The notes under the pieces: generated by a model
Databases searched by the model: none
Told to the model about the DNA's origin: nothing
What the model saw: the letters and a program-made list of their open reading frames with translations, nothing else
Made by a program: the position numbers and the translations under genes
From: Candidatus Sulfomarinibacteraceae bacterium
GTDB taxonomy: Bacteria > Acidobacteriota > Thermoanaerobaculia > Thermoanaerobaculales > Sulfomarinibacteraceae
Length of the DNA stretch: 64,000 bases
Direction: 5' to 3'
NCBI GenBank assembly: GCA_963796455.1
Contig: CAWCLO010000004.1
Location: 96,001 to 160,000 of the forward strand
Shown here: positions 30,999-41,200 of the stretch, piece after piece
How the letters are laid out: every line of letters begins with the position of its first letter
Position numbering within the stretch: position 1 is the first letter of the stretch

Positions 30999-31321
30999 CA
31001 GCGGCAGCGACAGGCAACAGCGAGCAGGGACAGCGACAGTGATCAGCGGCAGCGGTCAGGAGTCGGGGCGACGAAGTGGCCACCTCCAGGTCGTTCAACA
31101 GAAGAAACAGCTGTTGTGGTGTAGGCGTCTCGCCTGCACACCGTGCGGCCGAGACGGCCGCACCACAAAGGCCGGAGCCCCGAAGAAGTGAGTGCTGTTC
31201 GCTGTCCCGGCCGTTGATCGCTGACGCCGATGACTGAACGCTGATGCTGACTACTGTCCACTGTCCCTGCTTGCCGTCCCTGTCGCTGACGCTGGACACT
31301 GTCGCTGCCGCTGCGATTCGG
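30999..31321 (-). repeat. Composite repeat type A, direct-repeat copy
   Basis: 323 bp with about 6 substitutions relative to 32602-32924 (manual comparison). Confidence 0.95.
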
Positions 31322-31383
31322 ACGCGGACGCGGACGCGGACACGGGACCTGCTCCAGAGATCCGGTGTTCGATGCGCGGCCGA

Positions 31384-32439
31384 TTAAACAGTCACCGCGG
31401 TCGATTCGAAGACCTCGTCGAGATGTTGGTGTGTCGCCTCGGCTTCTTTCACGACTCTATTGATGACCTCGCCGACCGCCGGGGTGTCCTCGATCAGTCC
31501 CGTACATTGGCCGAGGGGTAGTACGCCCCGATCGAGGTCGCCCATGGTGCAACCATTCTTGAACGCTTCGAAACCGATCGCCATCCGCGCCATCTGCACC
31601 GATTTTCGGTAGCCCGAGGCGATGATTCCTACCGCGAGCTTCGCCCAGGGCAGACCGAGCAGAGCAGCGATTTGACGTGAACGAATCAGCGCGGACAGTG
31701 GATTCAGGTGTTGCCGAATCAGGCGTTGCGCGCCCGGGGCGTCGACGTAGCGGCCGCTGAGACCGTCAACCCGGTTGGTGTAGATCGTGTCGCTGAGTTG
31801 GTGTTCGATGCTGGCTCGTTTGGCGCCATCGTGGACCGGGCTCTCAAGGGTGTTCATGAAGCGGGTCCCCATGGCGATGCCGTCGGCGCCGAGGGCCAAG
31901 GCTGCCGCAAGACCGCGGCCGTCGGCAAAGCCCCCGGCGGCGACGATCGGGATGGACACCCGGTCGGCGAGGCTGGGCACCAGCACCAGCGAGGTGATCG
32001 GGCCGCCGTGGCCCGCCGCTTCGTGGCCGGTGACGATCAGGGCGTCGGCGCCGTCGCGTTGGGCGGCCTCAGCGTGTTTCAGGGTGGCGACGGTGGCAAT
32101 CACCTTCCCGCCGTAGGCGTGGGCGCCATTGCAGATCCAATCACCTTTGCCGAGGGAGTAGTTGATGACCGGAACTTTTTCTGCGAGCAATACCTCCGCA
32201 TTTTTTCGATTGCCGGGAAAGTACAGCGTCACATTTGCGGCGAAAGGCCGGTCCGTGAGTTCGCGGGTGCGGCGCACTGCGTCGCGGGTCTGATCGGCGT
32301 CAAGAACCCCGGTGGCGAGAATGCCCAGCCCCCCGGCGTTGCAAACCGCCGCGACCAGTTCTGGCGTGCTGATCCAGCTCATGCCGGACAAAATGATGGG
32401 GTGTTCGATGCCAAAGAGCTCGGTGATCCTGGTTTTCAC
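31384..32439 (-). CDS. Nitronate monooxygenase / FabK-like flavoprotein
   Basis: KTRITELFGIEHPII, GHEAAGHGG, AAGGFADGRG, MGTRF; GGAGG plus GTG start. Confidence 0.92.
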   Translation of the reverse strand: MKTRITELFGIEHPIILSGMSWISTPELVAAVCNAGGLGILATGVLDADQTRDAVRRTRELTDRPFAANVTLYFPGNRKNAEVLLAEKVPVINYSLGKGDWICNGAHAYGGKVIATVATLKHAEAAQRDGADALIVTGHEAAGHGGPITSLVLVPSLADRVSIPIVAAGGFADGRGLAAALALGADGIAMGTRFMNTLESPVHDGAKRASIEHQLSDTIYTNRVDGLSGRYVDAPGAQRLIRQHLNPLSALIRSRQIAALLGLPWAKLAVGIIASGYRKSVQMARMAIGFEAFKNGCTMGDLDRGVLPLGQCTGLIEDTPAVGEVINRVVKEAEATHQHLDEVFESTAVTV

Positions 32440-32601
32440 TGCAAACCTCCAGCATGGCGCAGCGCCGCTTGCGGAGGCGAGAATATCACCACCTGCGATT
32501 TCTCCATTTCGAGACACTTTTGCCCAGGACAGTGTCTCAGACAGCGACCGGGGACGGAAAACGGGGGACAGCGTCAGCATTCAGCTATCGGCGGCAGGAA
32601 T

Positions 32602-33032
32602 CAGCGGCAGCGACAGGCAACAGCGAGCAGGGACGGCGACAGTGATCAGCGGCAGCGGTCAGGAGTCGGGGCGACAAAGTGGCCACCTCCAGGTCGTTCA
32701 ACAGAAGAAACAGCCGTTGTGGTGTAGGCGTCTCGCCTGCACACCGTGCGGCCGAGACGGCCGTACCACAAAGGCCGGAGCCCCGAAGAAGTGAGTGCTG
32801 TTCGCTGTCCCGGCCGTTGATCGCTGACGCCGATGACTGAACGCTGATGCTGACTACTGTCCACTGTCTCTGCTTGCCGTCCCTGTCGCTGACGCTGGAC
32901 ACTGTCGCTGCCGCTGCAATTCGGGATCGGGATCGGGTACGTGCCAACCGCGAACCGGAAATGCCAAAAACCAACCCGTTGACCTCGTGTTTTTGGGTGC
33001 GCAACTTCACGAGCCGATTTGTTTTGGACAGC
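32602..33032 (-). repeat. Composite repeat type A plus GCTGTCCAAAAC module
   Basis: 32602-32924 is nearly identical to 30999-31321. The element ends in GTTTTGGACAGC at 33021-33032. Confidence 0.93.
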
Positions 33033-33059
33033 ACTGAAATCGAGCTAGACTACCCTGCC

Positions 33060-33938
33060 ATGCCGTCTCGTGCTCGTTTTGCCCTGCTCACCGCCATCGT
33101 CCTCTGGGCGGTTTCCTTCGTCGCGACCAAGGTGGCCCTGGAACAGGCGCCACCCCTGGTTGTGGTCACCCTCCGACTTGTGATCTCGGCCCTGTGCTTT
33201 CTGCCCTGGGCGGTTTCCACCGGTGGGCTGAGGGGTTTCGGTGGTTGGCGCGGGCTGGGACAGCTATTTGTCCTCAGCCTCTTTGGCACCACGCTCCATT
33301 ACGGGACGCAAACCGTGGGTCTACAATTCACGACCGCCTCCAACGGGTCGGTCTATACGACGACCGGACCGATCACCATATTGCTGCTCTCTGCTCTCGT
33401 ACTGGGCGAGCGCATCACCGTGCGCAAGGCTGTCGGGGTGGCGGTAGCGGTTGCGGGCGTTCTCGTGGTGATGGGCAGCGAAACCCTGGGTGCCTTTGAG
33501 ATCGGCAATATCAAGGGGGATCTGCTGATCCTCTCGAGCATCGTGATGTGGGGTTTGTTTACGGTTTTCGGCAAAAAAAAGACCGATGATCTGGGCGCCT
33601 TACGGGTGACGATGTGGGTGACCATCATGGGCGCCGCGTCGATGATACCCATCGGGCTCTACGAAGCGCGAAGCACCGGGTTCTCGATCACGGATCTTGC
33701 CGCCGCCGGGTGGTCGGCAATCGTCTTTCTCGGTGTCGGATGTTCCTTTTTGGCGACCCTTCTCTATTTTGTGGCGCTCAAGCTCTCGGAGTCGCAGAAG
33801 GTGGGTGTCTACCTCTATGCGATCCCGCCGATCACCGCTGTCTTTGCCGCGTTCTATCTCGGCGAGTCGATCACCATCAACCTGGTGATCGGAGCGGCGC
33901 TTGTCATCTGTGGAGTGGCCATTACCGAACGCGGGTGA
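33060..33938 (+). CDS. DMT/EamA family transporter
   Basis: About 10 TM helices in two EamA repeats (LGERIT, YLGESIT). Start at MPSRAR. Confidence 0.92.
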   Translation: MPSRARFALLTAIVLWAVSFVATKVALEQAPPLVVVTLRLVISALCFLPWAVSTGGLRGFGGWRGLGQLFVLSLFGTTLHYGTQTVGLQFTTASNGSVYTTTGPITILLLSALVLGERITVRKAVGVAVAVAGVLVVMGSETLGAFEIGNIKGDLLILSSIVMWGLFTVFGKKKTDDLGALRVTMWVTIMGAASMIPIGLYEARSTGFSITDLAAAGWSAIVFLGVGCSFLATLLYFVALKLSESQKVGVYLYAIPPITAVFAAFYLGESITINLVIGAALVICGVAITERG

Positions 33939-34000
33939 GCGACGTCTGCGCGGCATCCTAGCCGCCGTCGTGCATGTCGTGACCATCAGACTCCGGTGGT

Positions 34001-34651
34001 TTACTGAAAACGCAGCATCTCCAGAGTGAGCTCTTCGAGCGACCGCAGCTTGAAGTCCGCGAGGTCGTGTTCCGGTCGATCAAAATAGTTCGGCGGCGGG
34101 ACCGCGATGACCCGCATCGAGGCGGCCCGTCCAGCCCGCACACCGGCGATGGAGTCCTCGATCACCACACACCGTCGGCCTTCCACGCCGAGTTCTCTGG
34201 CGGCGGTGAAAAAGACCGCTGGATGCGGTTTCCCGAATTCTTCATTGAGCGCCGAGCAGACGACCTCGAAGGCCTGCTCCAACGACAGCTTTTCGAGGAC
34301 CGCGGCGATGAGATCAGGGTTTGATGACGAGGCGAGCGCGATCCGAAGGCCCGCGTCGCCTGCGAGCTTGATGGCGTCGTGCAGCCCCGGCATCGGTTGC
34401 GCGCGCTCGATGATCAACTCTCGAACCCGTCGTTCGATCCGACCGGCGATTTCGGAGGGGGAGGGGCCGGTCCACTTCGTTCGACCGAACCAATAGGCCG
34501 CCACCTCGTCGGTGCGCATGCCCATGGTTTTTTCACAGTCTTCATCCGAAAGCTCGAGACCGACATCGGCAAAGACTTCGCGCTCGGCACTCCGCCACAG
34601 GGGTTCGGAGTCAACGATCACACCGTCCATGTCAAAAATGACCGCCCGCAT
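34001..34651 (-). CDS. HAD family phosphatase (HxpB/YniC-like)
   Basis: IFDMDGVIVDSEPLW, ALASSS, GKPHP, IEDS. Confidence 0.92.
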   Translation of the reverse strand: MRAVIFDMDGVIVDSEPLWRSAEREVFADVGLELSDEDCEKTMGMRTDEVAAYWFGRTKWTGPSPSEIAGRIERRVRELIIERAQPMPGLHDAIKLAGDAGLRIALASSSNPDLIAAVLEKLSLEQAFEVVCSALNEEFGKPHPAVFFTAARELGVEGRRCVVIEDSIAGVRAGRAASMRVIAVPPPNYFDRPEHDLADFKLRSLEELTLEMLRFQ

Positions 34652-34765
34652 CCTCTCCCTCGTTCCGATCTGGCTTGGGTCTGGGAATCAGGCGGGTTCG
34701 TGGTGCTGCTTCGCCCCTATTCCCAGCGTTGGTGGGCGGTGCCCGCCACGATGCACCAAAGCGGA

Positions 34766-34963
34766 TCAGGCTTCGGTGTCGGTCTCCGAATCGTCTTCGG
34801 TTGGGGCATCGACAAAGGCGTCGAGTTCGACGGAGGGTTGCGGCTCTTCGCTCAACTCGTCGACTTTGCTCTGCCGTCGTTCGAGTTTTTCCCTCTTCTT
34901 CTTCTGCTTTTTCAGCTCTTTTTGGCGTTTTTCAAACTTGTACGATCCACTTTTTCGTCCCAA
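34766..34963 (-). CDS. Small hypothetical protein (basic N-terminus, acidic C-terminus)
   Basis: GGAGG RBS; FEKRQKELKKQKKKREK. Confidence 0.7.
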   Translation of the reverse strand: MGRKSGSYKFEKRQKELKKQKKKREKLERRQSKVDELSEEPQPSVELDAFVDAPTEDDSETDTEA

Positions 34964-35081
34964 TCCGGCCTCCTCGTATCTACCCTAGCAGATCGGAGCG
35001 ATAGTCATGGACTCGGCGGTGGTCTGATTCTCGAATTCGTCGACCTTTCATTGCTACCGGTCGATCCTCAACTCCCGACCC

Positions 35082-36332
35082 TCAGACTGCGCTTGGTTCA
35101 CCTTCGAGATAGGCTTCGCCGAGAGCCTGCCAATTATCGAAGGCCTCACGGACGGTTTTGCGGGCCTGCCGGAACTGACGTCTGAGATGCTTGCGAGCTC
35201 GGAATCCGCCGGCTTCAGCCATCTTCTTTTGCAGGTTGGTGCGCGCCGCCTTGAGTTCCGCGATCGTTTCCTCACAGTGACGTTCGGCCGCGATGATCTT
35301 CACCCGAAGCATCTCCCTGGGGTCGGAGTCGATCAGGTCGCGCATCGCCTCGCGCGCGACAGCGGTCTGGTTTCGTGCCGATTCCTGCCAATCGTCGACA
35401 GTTTCTCCGAGATTCGCGAGATGTGTTTCGAAGGTGCTCCTGGCATGTTCGAAGAGGCGTCCGAAGGTGACATCGATCGGGCTTCGTTTGAGATTGCTCA
35501 CGAGACCGACCCTGTTCATCGACCAGATCAGCCACTTGCTCGGATCCCAGTTGTACAGACGCGGGCCATTTCGGTAGTCCGCCTGAAAGCTGTGATGGTA
35601 GTTATGGTAGCCCTCGCCAAAGGACAGGAACGAGAGCAGCCAATTGTCCCGAGCCGAGTGGGCGGTCGAGTAGGGTTGGGAGCCCCAGATATGGGCGGCT
35701 GAGTTGATGAGGAATGTGAAGTGATGCGTCAGCACCATCCGCAAAAGGAACGCGAACACGAACATCCCGAGCATGTGGCCGGTGATGAGACCAAGCGCGA
35801 TCGTGGTACCCAGATTCACGACAGCGCCGATCAGGATGATGTGTTTGTGCTGCCAACGCAGAATCGGGTCCTTCCACAGATCCGGTACGTTCGAGGTGTC
35901 GTCGTGTTTGGCGCCCTCGACCAATATCCAGCCGATGTGTGAGTAGAAAAATCCCTCCTTGGCGTTGTAGGGGTCTTCTTCCGTGTCGACGTTCCGGTGG
36001 TGAAAACGGTGGGCGGCGGCCCAGGTGATCACGCTGTTCTCGAACGCAGCCGCACCGAGAATGGCGAAAAACGCTCGGATTGGTGCAGGCGCCGAGTAGG
36101 CCCGGTGGGCAAAGAGCCGGTGGTAGCCGGCGGTGACGCTGACCCCGGTCAATAACCACATTCCGACGCAGGCGACGATTTCGACCCAGGTCACGCCATG
36201 GGTGAGTACATACCACGGGACGGCGATGGCCGCAGCCAGAGGGGTCAAGGTGAGGAAGGCCACATTGCCCCAGACGATCGGTCGGCCTTTGATGGCCCCG
36301 AGACTTTTTTGCTCATCAGTCATCTGCTGCAT
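35082..36332 (-). CDS. Delta-9-type acyl-CoA fatty acid desaturase with C-terminal helical extension
   Basis: His boxes HRLFAH, HRFHH and GEGYHNYHH; also FFYSHIGW. Confidence 0.92.
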   Translation of the reverse strand: MQQMTDEQKSLGAIKGRPIVWGNVAFLTLTPLAAAIAVPWYVLTHGVTWVEIVACVGMWLLTGVSVTAGYHRLFAHRAYSAPAPIRAFFAILGAAAFENSVITWAAAHRFHHRNVDTEEDPYNAKEGFFYSHIGWILVEGAKHDDTSNVPDLWKDPILRWQHKHIILIGAVVNLGTTIALGLITGHMLGMFVFAFLLRMVLTHHFTFLINSAAHIWGSQPYSTAHSARDNWLLSFLSFGEGYHNYHHSFQADYRNGPRLYNWDPSKWLIWSMNRVGLVSNLKRSPIDVTFGRLFEHARSTFETHLANLGETVDDWQESARNQTAVAREAMRDLIDSDPREMLRVKIIAAERHCEETIAELKAARTNLQKKMAEAGGFRARKHLRRQFRQARKTVREAFDNWQALGEAYLEGEPSAV

Positions 36333-36565
36333 TTCTCCAATTCGAAATCGAGGCGGTGCCTCGTAGCTTCGACGTTAGCACGGGGTTTTCGTCAGACCGC
36401 GCCGCAGTTTGACGTGATCCGCAGAAGCCGAAATGGTGACGGGGCCTCCGAAAATTTCGCAGCGAAACCCCCCGCCACTTGTCGCAAATTTCATGGTATT
36501 TGTGATCCCGGTTGCCGCGCCGTCGCTGCCGTTACAAGCGCACGGGAGACGCGTGCGCCGGAGAT

Positions 36566-37855
36566 TCAGCGCGCGGCACCTCGGGCGTTCCGACCGGACG
36601 ACCGCCGCTGGCCGCCGGGTTGGTTTCTTCGCTTCGCCTTGGCGTTGGATCGCGCCCGCTCTTCGGAACGCTGTGCGCGGTGGGCGGCGATTCGTTCCCT
36701 GACGGGAATCTCCAGGCGGCCCTCGGGTTTGGCGTCGTAGTTGAAGTCATCGATCTTTTTGCGTTCGATCTTCCGGCCGACGGCTCGTTCAATGGCGTTC
36801 ACCAGCGGCTTCTCAGCAGGAGAGGCGAAGGTGAAGGCATCACCGATCTGGCCGGCGCGGGCGGTTCGCCCGACGCGATGGATGTAGTCCTCGGGCACTA
36901 CCGGGACGTCAAAATTGATGACGTGCGGCAAGGCGGCGACGTCGATGCCTCGGGCGGCGATATCAGTGGCCACCAGCACCTTGATGCGTCCGTGCTTGAA
37001 TCCGGCGAGGGCCGCTTCTCGTTGCGGTTGGCTGCGGTTGCCGTGGATTTTGTCGCACGAAATTCCGGCCCGCTCGAGTTTCTGGGCGAGGCGGTTGGCC
37101 CGGTGTTTGGTACGTGTAAAGACGAGGGCGGTGTCTACCTCGCCCTTGCGCAGCATCGTTTTGAGGAGCTCGGTTTTGAGTTGTTCGGGGACCGGCAGGA
37201 TCGCCTGGGTGATGCCCGTGGCCGGAGCGGACCGACGTTCCACATCGATCCTCACCGGATCGTTGAGCAGACTCCGGCTCAGCTGGACGATCGGTTGTGG
37301 AAGCGTGGCGGAAAAGAGCATGGTCTGCCGCTTCTTCGGTAACTGGGCGAGGATCCGGCGGACATCGGGGAGAAAGCCCATGTCGAGCATGCGGTCGGCC
37401 TCATCGAGAACCAGAAAGTCGAGGTGTTCGAAGCGCGCCCACGGGTTCTGCATCAGATCGAGCAATCGCCCGGGTGTGGCGACCACGATATCGACCCCCG
37501 AACGGAGTGCCTTTTCCTGTTTGCCCGGTTTGACACCGCCAAAGACCGTGGCCGATTTGACCGGCGTATGACGGGCCAGATCCTGGATGTGTTCGTGGAT
37601 TTGCGATGCCAGCTCGCGGGTCGGGGTGACGATGAGTGCCCTGGTGCGGCCGCCTCTGGTGTCGGCCATGTGCTGCAGGATCGGCAGCACAAAGGCTGCG
37701 GTCTTGCCGCTGCCGGTCATCGCGCAGGCCAGTACGTCGCGCCCTTCGAGGGCAGGCGGCACTGCGTTGCGCTGGATTTCTGTCGGCTCGGTGAAGCCCA
37801 GGTCATCGATACCTCGCGCGATGGCGGGGTGGAAATTCGTCTTGAATGTTTTCAT
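36566..37855 (-). CDS. DEAD-box RNA helicase (RhlE-like)
   Basis: PTEIQ, TGSGKT, PTRELA, TPGR, DEAD, SAT, ARGID, HRVGRTAR. Alternative start at 37882. Confidence 0.95.
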   Translation of the reverse strand: MKTFKTNFHPAIARGIDDLGFTEPTEIQRNAVPPALEGRDVLACAMTGSGKTAAFVLPILQHMADTRGGRTRALIVTPTRELASQIHEHIQDLARHTPVKSATVFGGVKPGKQEKALRSGVDIVVATPGRLLDLMQNPWARFEHLDFLVLDEADRMLDMGFLPDVRRILAQLPKKRQTMLFSATLPQPIVQLSRSLLNDPVRIDVERRSAPATGITQAILPVPEQLKTELLKTMLRKGEVDTALVFTRTKHRANRLAQKLERAGISCDKIHGNRSQPQREAALAGFKHGRIKVLVATDIAARGIDVAALPHVINFDVPVVPEDYIHRVGRTARAGQIGDAFTFASPAEKPLVNAIERAVGRKIERKKIDDFNYDAKPEGRLEIPVRERIAAHRAQRSEERARSNAKAKRRNQPGGQRRSSGRNARGAAR

Positions 37856-38216
37856 AACTTTCTCTCTGCGTGCACGGCTCATGCGTGCGTCGCGGGTCTG
37901 CCCACACGCCCCCCGTCAACGAGGTTCGCTCGGGTCATTCCGGCTGATTGTGGGAAACGGGAGACTTGCCGGTGAGGCTGCCGTACGGGGCGGGGAGCCC
38001 CTGCGTATTGTCTGCTATCGGTCGGGTTGCTTGGAAGCAGCTCGTGTCGGCAGCTGAGAGAGCTTCTCACAAAATGGCTTGAATGGCAACTCAATGCGGT
38101 CCTTCAAACCGGAGCAAATGCTGAGGAATCGGTTCGCCGAGGTTGCCGGTATTGCCGAAAAGGTGTGCTCAGTAGTACTCTCGTGGCTGTTTTTCCACGC
38201 AGAGGGCTGCAGGATT

Positions 38217-41200
38217 GTGAAATTCGTGATCATCGGATCGGGGCCGTTGGCGGTCGAATGTGCGATTTTGGCCGCGGACGTAGGGCTGCGTCCGGTCGGT
38301 GTGGCCACCGATACCCGCGAGCTCGTCGAGTGGGCGAGGCGCTTCGAAATCCCGGCCGTCGGTCTCGACTCCCGTGCGGTCACGACGTTCGAAGCACTGG
38401 CCTTCGACTATCTCGTGAGTGTGAATAACCCGCTGATCCTCAGGGCCGGTCTGCTGGAGAACGCCCGGAAGCTGAGCGTCAATTACCACGATTCCCTGCT
38501 CCCGGACTACGCGGGATTGAATGCCACGAGTTGGGCGCTGCTCGAAGGCGAACGCCGTCATGGCATCTGTTGGCACGAAATGAGGCCGGAGGTGGATCGA
38601 GGTCCGATCCTCGTTGAACGCAGCTTCGAGATCTCCGACGATGACACCGTCCTGTCGCTGAATCGAAAGTGCTTCCGTGAAGCCTTGAGGGGATTCGAGG
38701 ATCTGCTTGCAAGACTCGGTGATGGTCGTCCGGAGGGTCGGGAACAGCCTCAGGACGGCGGTTCGTATTTTGGCTTCGATGCCGTTCCTCCGGGTGCGGG
38801 CCTGTTGGATTTCACCTCGACGGCCGAAGATCTGGAGAGGTTGAGCCGGTCTCTCGAATTCGGCCCGACGTTCAATCCGCTGTGTGTCCTCAAGCTGGGT
38901 CTGGGGTCCGGCGCTTGGATCGGTGTGGAAAAGGTGCGTCGGGCCGGCCCGGCGAGCGCCGCCGAAGCTGGTGTTCTCATCGATGTGGATGACGACGGAT
39001 GGCTGGCTACGACCGCCACCGAAACGGTCCGCCTGAGCGGCTTCCGTCTGCCGACCCGTGAAGCCCTGAGCCCCATTGAGGCCTTGACCAAAACGGGAGC
39101 GACCAGGGGTTGCCGCCTTCCCAGACCGCCGTGGAGGCCCGACGGGATCGCAGCGATCTCCGGCGGGCTCAAGGGTGCGGAGGATTTTTGGCGCGGGCGG
39201 CTGAGCCGCGTTCCCTTGGTTCGGTTGCCGCGAGGGCTCAAGATCGAAAGTGGGGCGGAATCAGACACCGTTCTTCATATTCCCGAAGAGGACGTAGAGG
39301 GTCTGACGGAGATCGAGATCATCACCGGCTTTGCCCTGGTGGTATCCATGCTCCTCGATCGGGCCCGCGTCGTCGTCGGGTTGACGGACGAAGCCTCCAA
39401 CCAGCCTGGTATCGGGCACCCGACGGTCTTTTCCGCCGTGGTTCCGATCGAGTTTGATTTTGATGACCCGCGGATGACCACGAAGGAGTGGAAGAGCGCA
39501 GCCCAGCACGAACTCGAGCTGTGTCGAAAGAAGGTGACCTTTGCCACCGATCTGTTTTTGCGCGACAGATCGCTGCCCGATCCAAGTCGGTTGTTCGCTG
39601 CCAAGGTGGCCATCAAGGAGAGTGGCGATGATCGCATTCGTTGGGAGATGGATGATTCGCTGCTGGCCATCGAGGGTATTCGGCGCGGTGCCGGCGATTG
39701 CGACTGGCGGCTGCGGTTGTCACCGATTTTCGATCCGGCGCAACGGTCGTGGATGCCCGCCCGTCTGCGCGCTGCGTGGCGCGGTCTGAGGAGCGGGCTG
39801 GCCCCTGCAGAGATCCATGCCGTGCCTGCGGATGAACAACGTACGGCCATCGCGATCGGGTCCGGAACCAGCGAAGGATTTGACCTCCACCGTGATCTCG
39901 GTGTGCTGTTGCGCAAGGCCGCCCGCGACCGGCCCGATGCCGTCGCTGTTGTCGATGGGGATTCCAGTCTGACCTATGGCGAGCTCCTGAACCGGGCCTC
40001 ACTCGTCGCCGCGGGTCTGCATGAAGAGGGTCTGGGCCGCGACGATCTGATCGGGGTCACGACCGAGCGATCGGCGAGCCAGGTGCTGGGGTTGTGTGCC
40101 ATCGCGAAGATCGGAGCAGGTTTTGTCGCTCTCGATCCCGGGTTACCGGAGGGACGGCTGCGCACCATGGTGGATTCTTCCGGTCTCGAGGCCGTTTTGG
40201 CCCCTGGTCCCGAGCGGTTCCTGCATGTCCCGGGACCGCGGGTCCTGGTCATCGATGAACTCATGGCGCTCGGAAAAACAGCGAAGCCGCTCCCTGACAA
40301 TTGCGCCGGTTCCGACCGGCCGGCATACATCACGTTCACCTCGGGTTCGACCGGTGAGCCCAAAGGGGTGGTGGTCCATCACAGGGCGCTGGTGAATTTT
40401 CTGTCGAGCGCCGCGATGACGATCGGTATGGCGCCGGGGGACCGGATCCTGCAATTCTGCAATTTGAGTTTTGATATTGCGATCGAAGAGATTTTCGGGG
40501 CGCTGACAACCGGTGCGACCCTGGTCCTTCGCGATGAAGAGTGCCTGGCTTCGGCTCAGAGATTCAGCGAGTTTATCGATGCATCGGGTATCACGATCCT
40601 CGATCTTCCAACCGCCTTTTTTCATGTCTGGATTGACGGCCTGGTGAGACCTGGTGGAGGTCTGCCGGAGAGCCTCAGAACGGTGATCGTCGGGGGCGAG
40701 GTCCTGAGCCAGGCGGCCGTTCAAGGCTGGTTTACATTGCTTGGCTCGCGGAATATCCGCCTTCTCAACAGCTATGGACCGGCGGAGGCGACGGTCGCAG
40801 TCTCCTATCAGGAGGTGCAGCCTGGAACGGCGGCAAGCGCTGTGGGCCGCATGATCCCGAATGTGCAGGCCCGCATCGTCGATCGGCGGGGTCACACCAG
40901 GCCCCTGGGGCTCGAGGGCGAGATCGTCCTCAGCGGAGAATGCCTGGCCGCCGGGTATGCGGGCAGGGATGACCTGACCGCGAAGCGATTCGGCAGATCT
41001 TTCACGGGGAGCGGCAGTGACGCGGATTGCCGTTTTTATCGGACCGGTGACCGGGGGTGGATCGATCCCGATGGAACTCTGTGTTTTTCAGGCAGAACGG
41101 ACCGCCAGGTCAAGATCAGGGGTTTTCGGGTCGAACTGGAAGGCGTCGAGGCAACGCTCTGCCGGATCGACGGTGTCGTAGCGGCCGCGGTTTACGAGGA

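Noticed and set aside
17060..33032. Repeats as a CRISPR array or integron attC cassette array
   Set aside because: There is no regular repeat-spacer period, no cas or integrase gene, orientations are mixed, and flanked genes are not uniformly oriented.
17084..33034. Short ORFs within the repeats (e.g. LLNDPEVAT or ERPGGGHF peptides) and the long N-terminal extensions of ORFs 32847 and 32580
   Set aside because: Frames and lengths are not conserved between copies. They are by-products of stop-poor GC-rich repeats, and better RBS-linked or family-consistent starts exist at 33060 and 32439.
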